Below are positions 32,301-41,540 of a DNA stretch of 64,000 bases, one piece after another. The DNA comes from Savitreella phatthalungensis (taxonomy: Eukaryota). The stretch lies in contig AP039703.1 of NCBI GenBank assembly GCA_051599415.1, forward strand, positions 62,001 to 126,000, in the 5' to 3' direction. Under the pieces are notes generated by a model. That model was not told the origin of the DNA and ran no database searches. It saw only the letters and a list, made by a program, of their open reading frames with translations. Positions within the stretch are counted from its first letter, which is position 1. Each line of letters begins with the position of its first letter. The position numbers and the translations under genes were made by a program.

Positions 32301-34258
32301 TCCAAACCTTTAGACATGACCGCGAGAACTTGCACGGCGAATTCTTCATCCTTGTTGATGTCGCGTTGAGGAGGACGTCCGAAGGGCTCGGACGAGACAC
32401 AGTAGTCTAGCCACTTGATCAGAGGAAGTTCCTCCCAGCCCAGTGCATTGATCTCGGCTGAGGAAAGGACGCTTGTGAAGGACTGCGGGGCGCATGATGG
32501 TGGCATAGGCACGCCGGCAGGCAGAACCTTGGGCGAACTCCAATTTCGAATCGAGCCCAAACTGACAGGCGTTCCGTCTCCACCATCGCCAACGGCGGCG
32601 TTCAAGAGAGCACTCCACGCAGTGGAATCTAGATCATGGGAGCGCTTGGCGCAGTAGCGAAGGAAGGCTATGCTGTCCGCGAGAGACAGTAAGCGGTCAG
32701 CCACATCCTTGCGGATGTCGCCAAGGTTGACGCTCTCGATCATGCTCAACTGGCGCAGCTTGCCGATGAAATCGGCTGCATCGGTCTGAAGACTCTTCGG
32801 CAAGAGCGGAACGTCCTTGAGGAAGGTGATGTCAGCATCCTGTAGCCTGACCTCGTTCGAAGGCCGGACGCCGCAGGTGCTGAACAAAGGAATGACGCCG
32901 CTCGACCCGAAGAATGCCTCTTCAACGGTCAGGTCGATCCGCTGTGGGGTGGCGAGCTTCATTGAGAAGAATTTCATTGTATGGACAGCGTCTTCGATCG
33001 AGCTGACGCGCACGAATTCGACGTGGTAGGCAATGCGAGTCAGAAGACCGATGGCACGCAGGACCTCAAAGTTCCAAATCTTGACCCAGCGGTCGACGAG
33101 GTCAATGCTTTCACGTTCAACAGTTGGAATGAGGCATGGTGCGCCGATATGACCAGAAAACCCGGTGGTTTGATGCGTTGGGAAACCGATGTAGACGCGA
33201 CCCTGGCTGGGATAGCACAAAAGATCTTCAAATAGGCCTGACTTGCCGGATGAGGCGGCGTGCTCTGCAGCACTGCTGACCACAATAGACACTTTTGTCC
33301 TTGCTGGCAATGGCTTCTTTGTGGCGCGTAACAGCTCTGCTGCAAATTGACGTGAGACGGAGGTCTGTATATGTCCAGTAATGATGCGTAAGAAGATATT
33401 GCTGGTAGACGTTTTAGTCAAATCAACTGACACGGCTTCCTGCTTGCCGCTGGAGAAGAACGAGAGGAGGCGGGAGGAGACCGTGGAGGGCGGAAGTGTC
33501 TGCGTTGCATTGATATAGGTCGCAGATATCTGGACGGAAGTCGAATCGACATCGGTGATGCGCATCATCTTGCCTGCAGTGGTGGTGGCGAGGGCAGACT
33601 TGATCTCGACGGTCTGCGTTGGACTAGCTACTCGCTTGAGCGTACACAGACATAGATCGTCGAGATACAGCTCTATGTGCGCCAAGGAGCGGGAGAAGGT
33701 GAGACTTGTGGCAAGAAATTTGGTCAAGCTGCGCAAGTTTGGTATCTCCTGAGGTTCACGCATCTTGAGTGCGAAGTTTGTCCATTCGTCATTCTGTGGC
33801 AGCTTTGCACGACGAGTGAAGAGCTGATCGCCTTTCCAGTAGAAAGCAAGACCGGTGTCACCGCTCGTCACAAAGGGGTCTTCGCAGATTGAGAAGACGC
33901 TGTAGAAGCCGACACCGAAAGCGCCGATCTTTGACTCATCCGGGTTGCCCTCGGCGATACGAGCTAGTCGCGTCCAGTCTTCTGCTCGAAAGACATGACC
34001 GTTGTTGCGTACGACGACGCGTTTCGTCAAGGCTTTATTAGGATCTTCCCACGGCTTGTCAGCGTTATAGGTGATACGGACTTTTGTCGCGTTGGCGTCG
34101 TCAGCATTCTGCATGAGTTCACGCAGGAGAGTGTTTTCGGAGGAATAGCGACTGAGAACCTTGTCGATGAGAGCGCGCTGATTGACGGTAACGCCTGATT
34201 CTTGGTTGTTGTCATCCAAGGTCAGCCTGTGCAGGCTATCAATGTCAAGCGCCGCCAT
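29306..34258 (-). CDS. Sacsin/NOV-like GHKL (HATPase_c) protein, DUF3684-like, with C-terminal HExxH domain (1650 aa)
   Basis: N-box ELMQNADDA, G1-like RNNG, G2 IGAFGVGFYSVFS, YIGFPTHQTTG..HI. C-terminal IAFN...NLRYY...HELAHNLVKEH. Confidence 0.88.
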   Translation of the reverse strand: MAALDIDSLHRLTLDDNNQESGVTVNQRALIDKVLSRYSSENTLLRELMQNADDANATKVRITYNADKPWEDPNKALTKRVVVRNNGHVFRAEDWTRLARIAEGNPDESKIGAFGVGFYSVFSICEDPFVTSGDTGLAFYWKGDQLFTRRAKLPQNDEWTNFALKMREPQEIPNLRSLTKFLATSLTFSRSLAHIELYLDDLCLCTLKRVASPTQTVEIKSALATTTAGKMMRITDVDSTSVQISATYINATQTLPPSTVSSRLLSFFSSGKQEAVSVDLTKTSTSNIFLRIITGHIQTSVSRQFAAELLRATKKPLPARTKVSIVVSSAAEHAASSGKSGLFEDLLCYPSQGRVYIGFPTHQTTGFSGHIGAPCLIPTVERESIDLVDRWVKIWNFEVLRAIGLLTRIAYHVEFVRVSSIEDAVHTMKFFSMKLATPQRIDLTVEEAFFGSSGVIPLFSTCGVRPSNEVRLQDADITFLKDVPLLPKSLQTDAADFIGKLRQLSMIESVNLGDIRKDVADRLLSLADSIAFLRYCAKRSHDLDSTAWSALLNAAVGDGGDGTPVSLGSIRNWSSPKVLPAGVPMPPSCAPQSFTSVLSSAEINALGWEELPLIKWLDYCVSSEPFGRPPQRDINKDEEFAVQVLAVMSKGLDSMGKDERDRAIQLLQDKTCIPTRNHGMLKPSQTYLYLIRGFDDLPVIGNLKGVKEKFLVQLGVRKTIELDIIFDKLSQGGKWSAIDLVQYLASVRRDMPAKDVERLRSAPFAAAEGADTTKRSVVQLYEPNDTLRSLNLPVLAWPADRWRPLSTEANLLFELGLKRFPTLAVLLQLCAHPKDEQLRERALAYLLTNFNVYGYAAAYDAGKIKTAFVPTSTGKLRTPRDVFTMPACEVFGFDTIRRDLLGTKASMLGIAPLPPFEKMLEIVLTTPPQTFAAAQAQFAVLGSVMGSAMPPSSHRDAISRQTIIPIFRNEKLVKLAAPSKTFFRGGATEPWHEQVFDMVDFGPQANSFLRNVGVRDRPTTAQLAEMLVAEPANVFRLCSTEDKYRDILAQIARDLSAVKGNKALWMRMANTAFLLADKYKRNDKALEAGQDETVSAGIQTSLQRASDILIVDSVVEFQLFRQDVWTAPQDSLLESLYTALGAVRLSSVVQERTTVRGAGVTNDACERLKAHLLERLPVFFHSDRTTPARDVRWVEKKLRIVQYDGLSLQRTLVFGGVRVAKTSPVTAFVDRSGPGLCVTANPDDYDVAEAVCNIVLSQPTSRDYLLLTSMLQWSVSTLQKRGFNVDRILQRRERERKEKVIQEEHERQERERQEEQARQERELEAQRQKELALATPPMQAASAAKSASMQQQGTPKGGEMSMPGGFPSSPAPTSFGLLSSIRKGLGLPSGSSTGSRNTRPPAFHQPPIGGINPSVMHEQPTATISEISTDDGNGPPATAEQVERAIDNAVRSLRAPTTEPSLFSPPQVTQVREAENYCDASVSQALTLVLPDLSTPPHNGARGARLYSSSSTSSIPAKEFANMYGQAAGRFSLLLQALATQVFGCPLGSPQQAALTNVFLDTGGACIAFNRAGTVYCNLRYYVDDAPPELKPDGGSLAASGNDQLIYWFVTLAHELAHNLVKEHSAKHSFYVESIVCRYLPALITLMRGS

Positions 34259-35746
34259 GCTGATCTGGCCCTGCTGGGTATATCAAGCGCGTATCCCTTG
34301 TGCGATGATCTCTGAGAAGGAGGCGCGTGTGATAGGATCTGTAAGCAAGCCCTGTACAAGTGCTCTTGATTGGTGAGCAACGTTGATTCACGCAGGGAAT
34401 AGAGCAACTTTGAAGACGGCGCGCGCCTGAGCGCTGCACTTCCAAGATTTTTTTGGTGGCTGCTAGTTGTAGGGAGAATCTTCTGATGCGTATGGACTGA
34501 CGCAGCTCTAGCTATACCCTATACCGAATACCCTGTACCGAGTATCCTGTATCCTGTACTCTGCACGGGTAATGTGTGTATTTGTGCATCTGGACAGATG
34601 GCATACGTACAGATACGAATACGTGTATACGTACGTACGTGTAAACTAATTAAAGTGAGAATGGGTGTCTTTGTGGATGTGGATGTGGAGTGGAGTGGAC
34701 TTGGGAGAGTTTGATGCATGATGTCGTTTGCATTTTACAACTTTACAATATAATTTGATCTTGATCGATCAGACTTATACTGTATCAGATTACAAGCTGT
34801 GTATCGTCAGCACTGTGTATCGTCAGCATAGAGCGGTAAAGTGTAACGACTACACTCTATTCGATCACTCGATGGTCTCCTTGGCGTAGACGATTGCTAA
34901 GGCTAATGGAGTGGGATTTCAATCCTGTAATACGATTGTCATGTCATCTATTACGTTACAACACAGATGATAGCCGAAGGTCTCGCCTCGTCTGTCTAGA
35001 GGATTTCGTGATGACTGTCGCCGTCATTGACCGCAATGCGATCATCGAGTCGTCCGAAGGTCTCTGTGGTCGGATACGCACATGCATAACAAGTTGATCC
35101 CACTGATATTTGTGTCGATTATCAGATCATGATCGCGTTAGAAATAGAAGTTTGCTGATTGGCTTACCCCGGACGGCTTAGGCGGAGTTTATATGTACTA
35201 CTGTATGTATATTAAGTATATAACTTCATTGATCTATCGACCCTTAGATCTGTCATGGACTCCAGATGACCTTATATAGCACTGTTCAGCTAGCTGCATT
35301 CTATCGATTATCTGTACAGATAGATATTGTATATAGATTATTTGTATGTGCTCTGATCATCTCGACATAAATCCAGATGCCACCCACGTGTACACTTACA
35401 TACGCACATATATACATACACTGTACTGCATATATACGTACTTACGTGCTCACATACGGTGCTCACATACGTGCATTCAGTGCCTACACTCTCTCCACCA
35501 TCCCATACCTTCAACACGAGCTCTCTTTCCAGCAACTCATAGCATCTCTCCAGTCGCTTAAAGGGCATTGGAGCAAATTCGTTGTCTGAGTTCAGTCTTC
35601 CAATGTTGACTTTGAACAAGTCAAGGCTTATACGTTCATGGGTACGGCAAAATCATGTCGTTGTACAGACAAAGCCAATCTCTACAACAGCACATTTACT
35701 CCGCCGTCGGTTCTTTCTCAATCCACATGCAGCCGCACCTTCACCC

Positions 35747-37048
35747 ATGTCACGTCTTAACGCAAGTATCTCCACCTTCCTGCGCAACGGCCACATGCGC
35801 ACCTTCAGCCATCTCTATCGCAGTGCAAGAGCACGCAGACCCCTCCTCACCGCCCCTAACACGACCACAAATCTAGCTCTGAGCTCATCCACGTGCACCG
35901 CAGCCGCTTACTCGAGATCATCGCTGGATGTGCGCCATTTGATCTCCCCAGCAAGCACTCGCGCATATTCTTCTCTCTACCGCAGAGGTCACATGCATCT
36001 TTACTGCCGTATTGCATCAGCTCTCTCACTCGACTTCCTCAACCCTGCCATGGCTAGTCCGCCAGCAAGATCACCAGCCGTCACACCTGGTAGAGCTATT
36101 GTCGGCTCCAGAGGCTTCAGCCATAGCTTCAGACAGCGCAAAGCGGCTCTCCTCAAGTCATGTCTGCCGGCAACGGATCTGCCTTTTGTCAGGACAGCAT
36201 CCACGGCGGCCACAATTGGTGATCCCTCCACCTCCGCTCGACCCACCGGCATTCTCTCTCCAGTGCAGAGGAAGCGTCTTTCATTGGTCTTGCGAGCACT
36301 TCTTGCCGGCGCAACCGTCTACGCTGCGCTACAGTTTGTGCAGGAGCAGGAAGCAACAACACTAAACGACCTTACCTACGTACCATTCCGCGTAACAAAC
36401 ATCGAGCAGGTCAGCCCGACAACGTCCATCATCACACTCGAGGGTCACATTGATTCGCCACTGGAGCCTATCGCAAGTATCAGCATCCGAGAGCCTGGCA
36501 GCAACGTTCAGAGGCCCTACACTGTCCTTGACGTCTCTGACAAGACCCCATCAGACCTTCGCATCCTCGTCAAACGCTACGAAGACGGCGTTCTCTCGCG
36601 CTACATCACGAACCGCAAGCCAGATCAGCAGCTGCAGTTGCGCAAGGCTGACCCGGCCTACACTCTTCCGAAGGAGCTGCCGCCACAATTTCTCATGATC
36701 GTTGGCGGCACTGGTGTCGCGACAGCCGTCCAGCTAGCCAAGTACTTACAAGACAAGGAAGATGTACGAGTGGACGTTCTCTACAGCTCACGAACGCCGG
36801 ATGAGATCTATCTCAAGGACGAACTTGACAAGTCTGCTGATTCTATCACATACCTTGTTGACTCTGAGAAACGCTTCGTCTCGGTAAACGACATCAAACG
36901 CGTGATCAAGAGCGACGCTACACAGGTTCTAGTCTGTGGACCTGACGGCTTCGTTGACCACGTCGCAGGCGTCAAGCCAGAGGTTGGACAGGGGCAAATT
37001 GGCGGCCTCTGCGGTCAGCTCAATCTTCGCAACGTCTGGAAACTGTAG
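35747..37048 (+). CDS. CYC2: Mitochondrial FAD/NAD(P) oxidoreductase, cytochrome b5 reductase family (Cyc2-like); start uncertain (35747 or 36050)
   Basis: RPYT (FAD-binding), VKRYEDGVLSRYI, GGTGVA, VCGPDGF and GQIGGL. Arg/Ser-rich presequence-like N-terminus and one TM helix. Confidence 0.7.
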   Translation: MSRLNASISTFLRNGHMRTFSHLYRSARARRPLLTAPNTTTNLALSSSTCTAAAYSRSSLDVRHLISPASTRAYSSLYRRGHMHLYCRIASALSLDFLNPAMASPPARSPAVTPGRAIVGSRGFSHSFRQRKAALLKSCLPATDLPFVRTASTAATIGDPSTSARPTGILSPVQRKRLSLVLRALLAGATVYAALQFVQEQEATTLNDLTYVPFRVTNIEQVSPTTSIITLEGHIDSPLEPIASISIREPGSNVQRPYTVLDVSDKTPSDLRILVKRYEDGVLSRYITNRKPDQQLQLRKADPAYTLPKELPPQFLMIVGGTGVATAVQLAKYLQDKEDVRVDVLYSSRTPDEIYLKDELDKSADSITYLVDSEKRFVSVNDIKRVIKSDATQVLVCGPDGFVDHVAGVKPEVGQGQIGGLCGQLNLRNVWKL

Positions 37049-37395
37049 ATGACATTTGCATGATAATGATATGAAATGACCGATGAGCAAGAACATCTTT
37101 CCCAAGTTCTCGACATGATCCACCTGCTTCGTCCTTGTCCTTGACTTGTCGCAGTCGATGAATTCTGCCTTGGTGCATTCTCAATGTCTGTGATTCCTCT
37201 CCACGTCAAAATCCCGTGCAATCTGCATCGACGTCACAGCTGTCAACAAATCGAGCATGATATCCATAATGTTGTCTGCAGCTACGCTTTCTCTCATCAA
37301 CTTGCACATATACACGCTCGCGTAGCGCTTCAAACCAACGGACGACTGTCATGTATCTTTACTTGAGTGTATAGAGTCTTGCGAGTGTCTAGACG

Positions 37396-39477
37396 ATGGA
37401 GTCTGCGCTCGTAGATCAGCTCCTGGACGAGTGCTCTCAGATCCGAGTTCTCATCGTCGGCTCCTCTCGAGGCAAGGCAGCATTGATCCGGGAGATCTTT
37501 GGCGTCTCGCGCGTTCTCCGCTACCCGGCTGAGATCTCTCGTGACGAAGAGGTCTATTCCGACGAAAATCCAGCATTCGTCGCTCACATTCAAGACGATT
37601 GGCGTGATGTCGCGTCCATCATTCGCAGGCGCAATGGTACGCCTGTTCCAGGTCGCACTCGGACGGTTGACGGTCGTACCATCGCCGCAACACGATACGT
37701 GACAGCGACTGGAGAGAGTCCACAAGCAGACGAAGTTATCCACCTGATATGGCACTACGTCGATGCACAGGACGCCGTCCGGCTTGCTCATGAGTCAGAG
37801 ATGCAGTGCCCTGCAGACGTCCTCGCTTGTGGAGTGCCCATAGTGACGGTCTTTGGGCGTTTCGACAACATTGTCCATCGGGCCGAACAGATCGGTCGAC
37901 TTCGACGGCTGAAGGAACCTCTCTCGGCTGAAGACGAGGCAGACGGAGCGCACATCAGGGAACTCTGCTCAGCAATCAACCTGTTCAGGTTGCAGTACCC
38001 TGACAATATAGCCATCGCGTCCAAGGACAGCGCATCCAAGCTCACTTTCCTGCGACTCAGTCTAAGCCTCCTGCAAAAGGCAGATGTCCGAACACTCCTG
38101 ATTATCGCCCAACGCCTCGATCCCACAGTCAAGTTCGAGGCATCCCTGTCGCTCGCCATGAGGCAGTTCCTCCTCGGCACCATCTCGACCGCATCACCGC
38201 TGCCAATCCCGTTCGCTGGACTTGCAGGCTCCTCGTCAGCCACTTACCTCATCAAGCAGGACATCCTTCGGATCTGGAACATCTACGATCCATGGTCACT
38301 TTGTGGTGGAACTGGGGAGAAGAGCTCGATGATGGAGAACATGCTGCAAATCCCAGTGTTCGGTGCGAAATACTTGCTTAAGTACATCCCAGTCGTCGCG
38401 CAGATCAGAGGTATCTGGGAGACGCCGAAGATGGCGAAAACCCTTGGTTCTCTCATGATCGACCTCATGCTGCTCATGGAGCGCTGTTTCCTGGCAAACA
38501 TGGGCATCGAAACCAATTCTAGGATCGAGTATCTTGCTCAGCTCAAGCCCGTCGTCCGCAGGCGTTCAGCTGGTTTCGACATCGAGAGGTGGGGATCACC
38601 CGTCTCCGACGAAGTCAGGAAGAATCGAAACGAGCTGATGACTGGAAGTCGTGAAGGCACACCTGTCGCTGCTGCCCCGAGTCGCGAAAAAGACGCTCCG
38701 CCACCCAGACCGGCCCGTCCTCCGAAGCCTCCCAACCTGACAGGCACTCCTAGTCCCGAGTTGGGTGACATGAGTACGCCGCCACCGAAACCCGCACGAC
38801 GACAAGCTCCCGGAAGTGCTCCGGCGAATGTGGACGCTGCCAGTCCCGCTCTCCCGCAACGGAGACCCATGACTGCAAAGCCTTCGCCATCAACGCCTCA
38901 AGTCGCCACGCCACCGCAGAAACCAGCTAGACCGATAGCCCGGCCCCGCGCGCCCTCTCAAGCAGACGAACTTGCAGAAGCAATGGGTACTCCCATGGGC
39001 GATCGCTCAGATCCATTGAATGCGGCCAACGTACCTGTCACCACGGACGACGACGTCTTGGTCCTGCGATCGCCGTCACCCATCCGTTCTGACATGGACG
39101 ACACCCCTTCCCACGAACTAGCCTCCCTGTCCGTCTCACACGACGCACGCAAGCCAGTCGACCCAGCGACGCCTAGGATGGTTGATAATGCGGACGGCAA
39201 GCGTCCCGCGACCTTGGTCAATCCATCTACTGACCCGCCGAGATCTTCGGGGAGTGGCAACGGGAATCGACAGGGGCGCGGTCTGACCGAAGACCAACTA
39301 ACCAGGATCTACAGCTTGTACAAACCAGTGCACGCGGCAGTGCTCGACGATCTCGACGAATTCTTTGATCTCGAAGGGTCCGGTCTGAAACGCAGCTTCC
39401 AGAAAAACACTGTCAGCCGGTTTCTTGAAGGCCTTCTGCGCAAGTATCGTGTCACGGACGTGGTAGAAATCATCTAA
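37396..39477 (+). CDS. Degenerate G-domain protein with helical (DUF697-like) region and Pro-rich insert
   Basis: RVLIVGSSRGKAALIREIFG, IHLIWHYV, VPIVTVFGRFD and ASPLPIPFAG resemble a fungal GTPase-like family; PPPRPARPPKPP tracts follow. Confidence 0.65.
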   Translation: MESALVDQLLDECSQIRVLIVGSSRGKAALIREIFGVSRVLRYPAEISRDEEVYSDENPAFVAHIQDDWRDVASIIRRRNGTPVPGRTRTVDGRTIAATRYVTATGESPQADEVIHLIWHYVDAQDAVRLAHESEMQCPADVLACGVPIVTVFGRFDNIVHRAEQIGRLRRLKEPLSAEDEADGAHIRELCSAINLFRLQYPDNIAIASKDSASKLTFLRLSLSLLQKADVRTLLIIAQRLDPTVKFEASLSLAMRQFLLGTISTASPLPIPFAGLAGSSSATYLIKQDILRIWNIYDPWSLCGGTGEKSSMMENMLQIPVFGAKYLLKYIPVVAQIRGIWETPKMAKTLGSLMIDLMLLMERCFLANMGIETNSRIEYLAQLKPVVRRRSAGFDIERWGSPVSDEVRKNRNELMTGSREGTPVAAAPSREKDAPPPRPARPPKPPNLTGTPSPELGDMSTPPPKPARRQAPGSAPANVDAASPALPQRRPMTAKPSPSTPQVATPPQKPARPIARPRAPSQADELAEAMGTPMGDRSDPLNAANVPVTTDDDVLVLRSPSPIRSDMDDTPSHELASLSVSHDARKPVDPATPRMVDNADGKRPATLVNPSTDPPRSSGSGNGNRQGRGLTEDQLTRIYSLYKPVHAAVLDDLDEFFDLEGSGLKRSFQKNTVSRFLEGLLRKYRVTDVVEII

Positions 39478-39487
39478 CTCTATCTCT

Positions 39488-41041
39488 CTATCCCTCCTGA
39501 GGGCGCAGGCCTACAGGGTGGATCGACAGCAGCTCGATCTGCTTCTCTGACGCAACCACATCGATCATCCCGGAGACGCCACCCACAATCAATCGACCCA
39601 CCAATTTGTCCAGCTTGACCACAGCCTCCGCAATCGTTTGAGACATCACAGACGACGACCGCCCATTTTGTCCGGTTTGTAATCGCGGCACGTCAGTCGC
39701 CATCGGTGTCTCCGACCGGACTTTGCCGATAGACAGAGCCGAGAACATCCCTCTGGCCGATGTCTGAGACGGTGGTGGCGGCGACAATGAGCGCGGGAAC
39801 TCCACCTGACGTCCTTCACCGTCGTCAGAGCTTACGATTGACTCGATGTCGGCGTTAATTTTAGCATCATCAGACGCCACGAGCGACAGAGCAACCATCG
39901 GCGGCAGAGACGAGCGTCGAGCACGTCCACCGAACCCACCAATCGTCCTGGCAACCGAAGCCAACGACGTCTTTCGTCGAGGTCCACCACCCTCCGCCAA
40001 TTCCCCATCCATACAAGCACGACTCCGCGTGGGGATGACGACGCGATGTGCACTAGGCGTCTCTCGCCCATGAGACGAGGAGCGCATTGGCTCCGGGTCG
40101 ACGTGAAGGGACGTGCTCGGTCTGCGTACCGGCGCAGTGGTCATCGCCGTAATTGTCGTGAGCGGCGAAGGTGGGCAAACCGCCTTGACTCTCTCGTAGC
40201 ATGTGCTTATGGCTTCCAGACAAGAGCCTACAGCCAGCGCCCAGCTGACGTCACAAGCGAAATGAGGAAACTGCAGGATGGTGAAAGAATCGTCCGTCGC
40301 TTCAGTGCGCTCGCCCCGTCCGCCGCTCCCGACGCCAGACCCGACACCGCCTATCGATGATCCCATCCCAGCCTCACAGCCACCACCCTCTCCCTTTGAC
40401 CGAGTCCGCTTCATCAGCTGTGCCACAAACGACGCCCCGCGTTTCGCAGTCGCCGGCATGCTCGAAGATAAATGTTGGCTGTGAGAGTGTACTGCGAAGC
40501 CACTACCTGTGCTCCCTGCTCCTGCTGTGGCGGACGTCATTGCGAATGACGGCGACCTCGGTCCACCACCACTGTATCCGTCGCCACTGCCAATTCCCAC
40601 TATCACGCCCGCAGAACTCGCATCCTGCCACCCATACGTTCCTCCTGCGAAGTTACGCCTGTGTGGAAGCAGCGGCGCGACCGGCGCAACCGCGGCCTTC
40701 AGGTAAGTCTCGTAATCGTGAAAGGCGTGGATGGCTCCCTTGAGGAGGTCGTACAACGACAGGCGCGAATTATCGAGCAGTCCACCAAGCGTCAATGCGA
40801 GCGCCATCATCCCACGAGCTTGTCGCTGTGCCTTCCTCGCCATCTTCGTCCTCGCCTTCTCGTCAAACCTCCGTACCTCCCCGCGACCAACACGACCCAC
40901 ATCCTCCCTTCTCAGCGTGACACCGTTCTGCCACAATCCACCATCCCTCAAGACGCCCGCAAGCGCATCAAGCCCGTGAAGACGCGCGTCAACAAGGCCC
41001 AAAGCAGCGCCCAACGCCTGACCACGGTCTTTGTACGGCAT
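39488..41041 (-). CDS. Conserved uncharacterised fungal protein (517 aa)
   Basis: Long ATG ORF. Helical blocks (RLHGLDAL...LWQNGVTL; FTILQFPHFACD...CLEAISTCY; KLDKLVGRLIVGGV) separated by low-complexity linkers resemble an uncharacterised fungal family, recalled from memory. Confidence 0.7.
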   Translation of the reverse strand: MPYKDRGQALGAALGLVDARLHGLDALAGVLRDGGLWQNGVTLRREDVGRVGRGEVRRFDEKARTKMARKAQRQARGMMALALTLGGLLDNSRLSLYDLLKGAIHAFHDYETYLKAAVAPVAPLLPHRRNFAGGTYGWQDASSAGVIVGIGSGDGYSGGGPRSPSFAMTSATAGAGSTGSGFAVHSHSQHLSSSMPATAKRGASFVAQLMKRTRSKGEGGGCEAGMGSSIGGVGSGVGSGGRGERTEATDDSFTILQFPHFACDVSWALAVGSCLEAISTCYERVKAVCPPSPLTTITAMTTAPVRRPSTSLHVDPEPMRSSSHGRETPSAHRVVIPTRSRACMDGELAEGGGPRRKTSLASVARTIGGFGGRARRSSLPPMVALSLVASDDAKINADIESIVSSDDGEGRQVEFPRSLSPPPPSQTSARGMFSALSIGKVRSETPMATDVPRLQTGQNGRSSSVMSQTIAEAVVKLDKLVGRLIVGGVSGMIDVVASEKQIELLSIHPVGLRPQEG

Positions 41042-41540
41042 TCCACCAGCAGCACGAACGCGGAAGCGACGGTAAAAATCTGATACACTGGAAGTATCCC
41101 GAAATCTCTGACACCTCTGGCACTGGCGGATGTTGGCGTTCGAGTACAGTCTACAGAGTGTACGTGTCGTGTTGCATTGCCGCTGGAAGTCTGTAGGAGC
41201 GTGGTCGCTTATGCGCGCACACGCGCGTCTGTATGAGTGTGGGCGTGGAACGTGTAGAGTTCAGGTCAGGTGATACGTTCAGTAGACGTCCAAGGTATCT
41301 CAAACATCAACATCCCTCCCATCAAGATCCCCCACAACGAGACGTAGCTACGGACATTCTCATTCTTCAGTTGTTCGATAACATCTGTCTTGCTCAGCGG
41401 TGACGTCGATATCATAATGTAATTTGGCGTTAAAGACGCGTCGACCAGATCCTGAGCCAGGACGCTCACAGGTAAGTAGGTCATCTATTGAAAGCTTCTT
41501 CTGCCTCACAGCTCGGCGTCTACGTCCAGGTACGTCATGC

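Noticed and set aside
41436..41441. MCB element (ACGCGT) upstream of SLD3
   Set aside because: A single 6-mer in CpG-rich DNA where the motif is common; plausible but not supportable.
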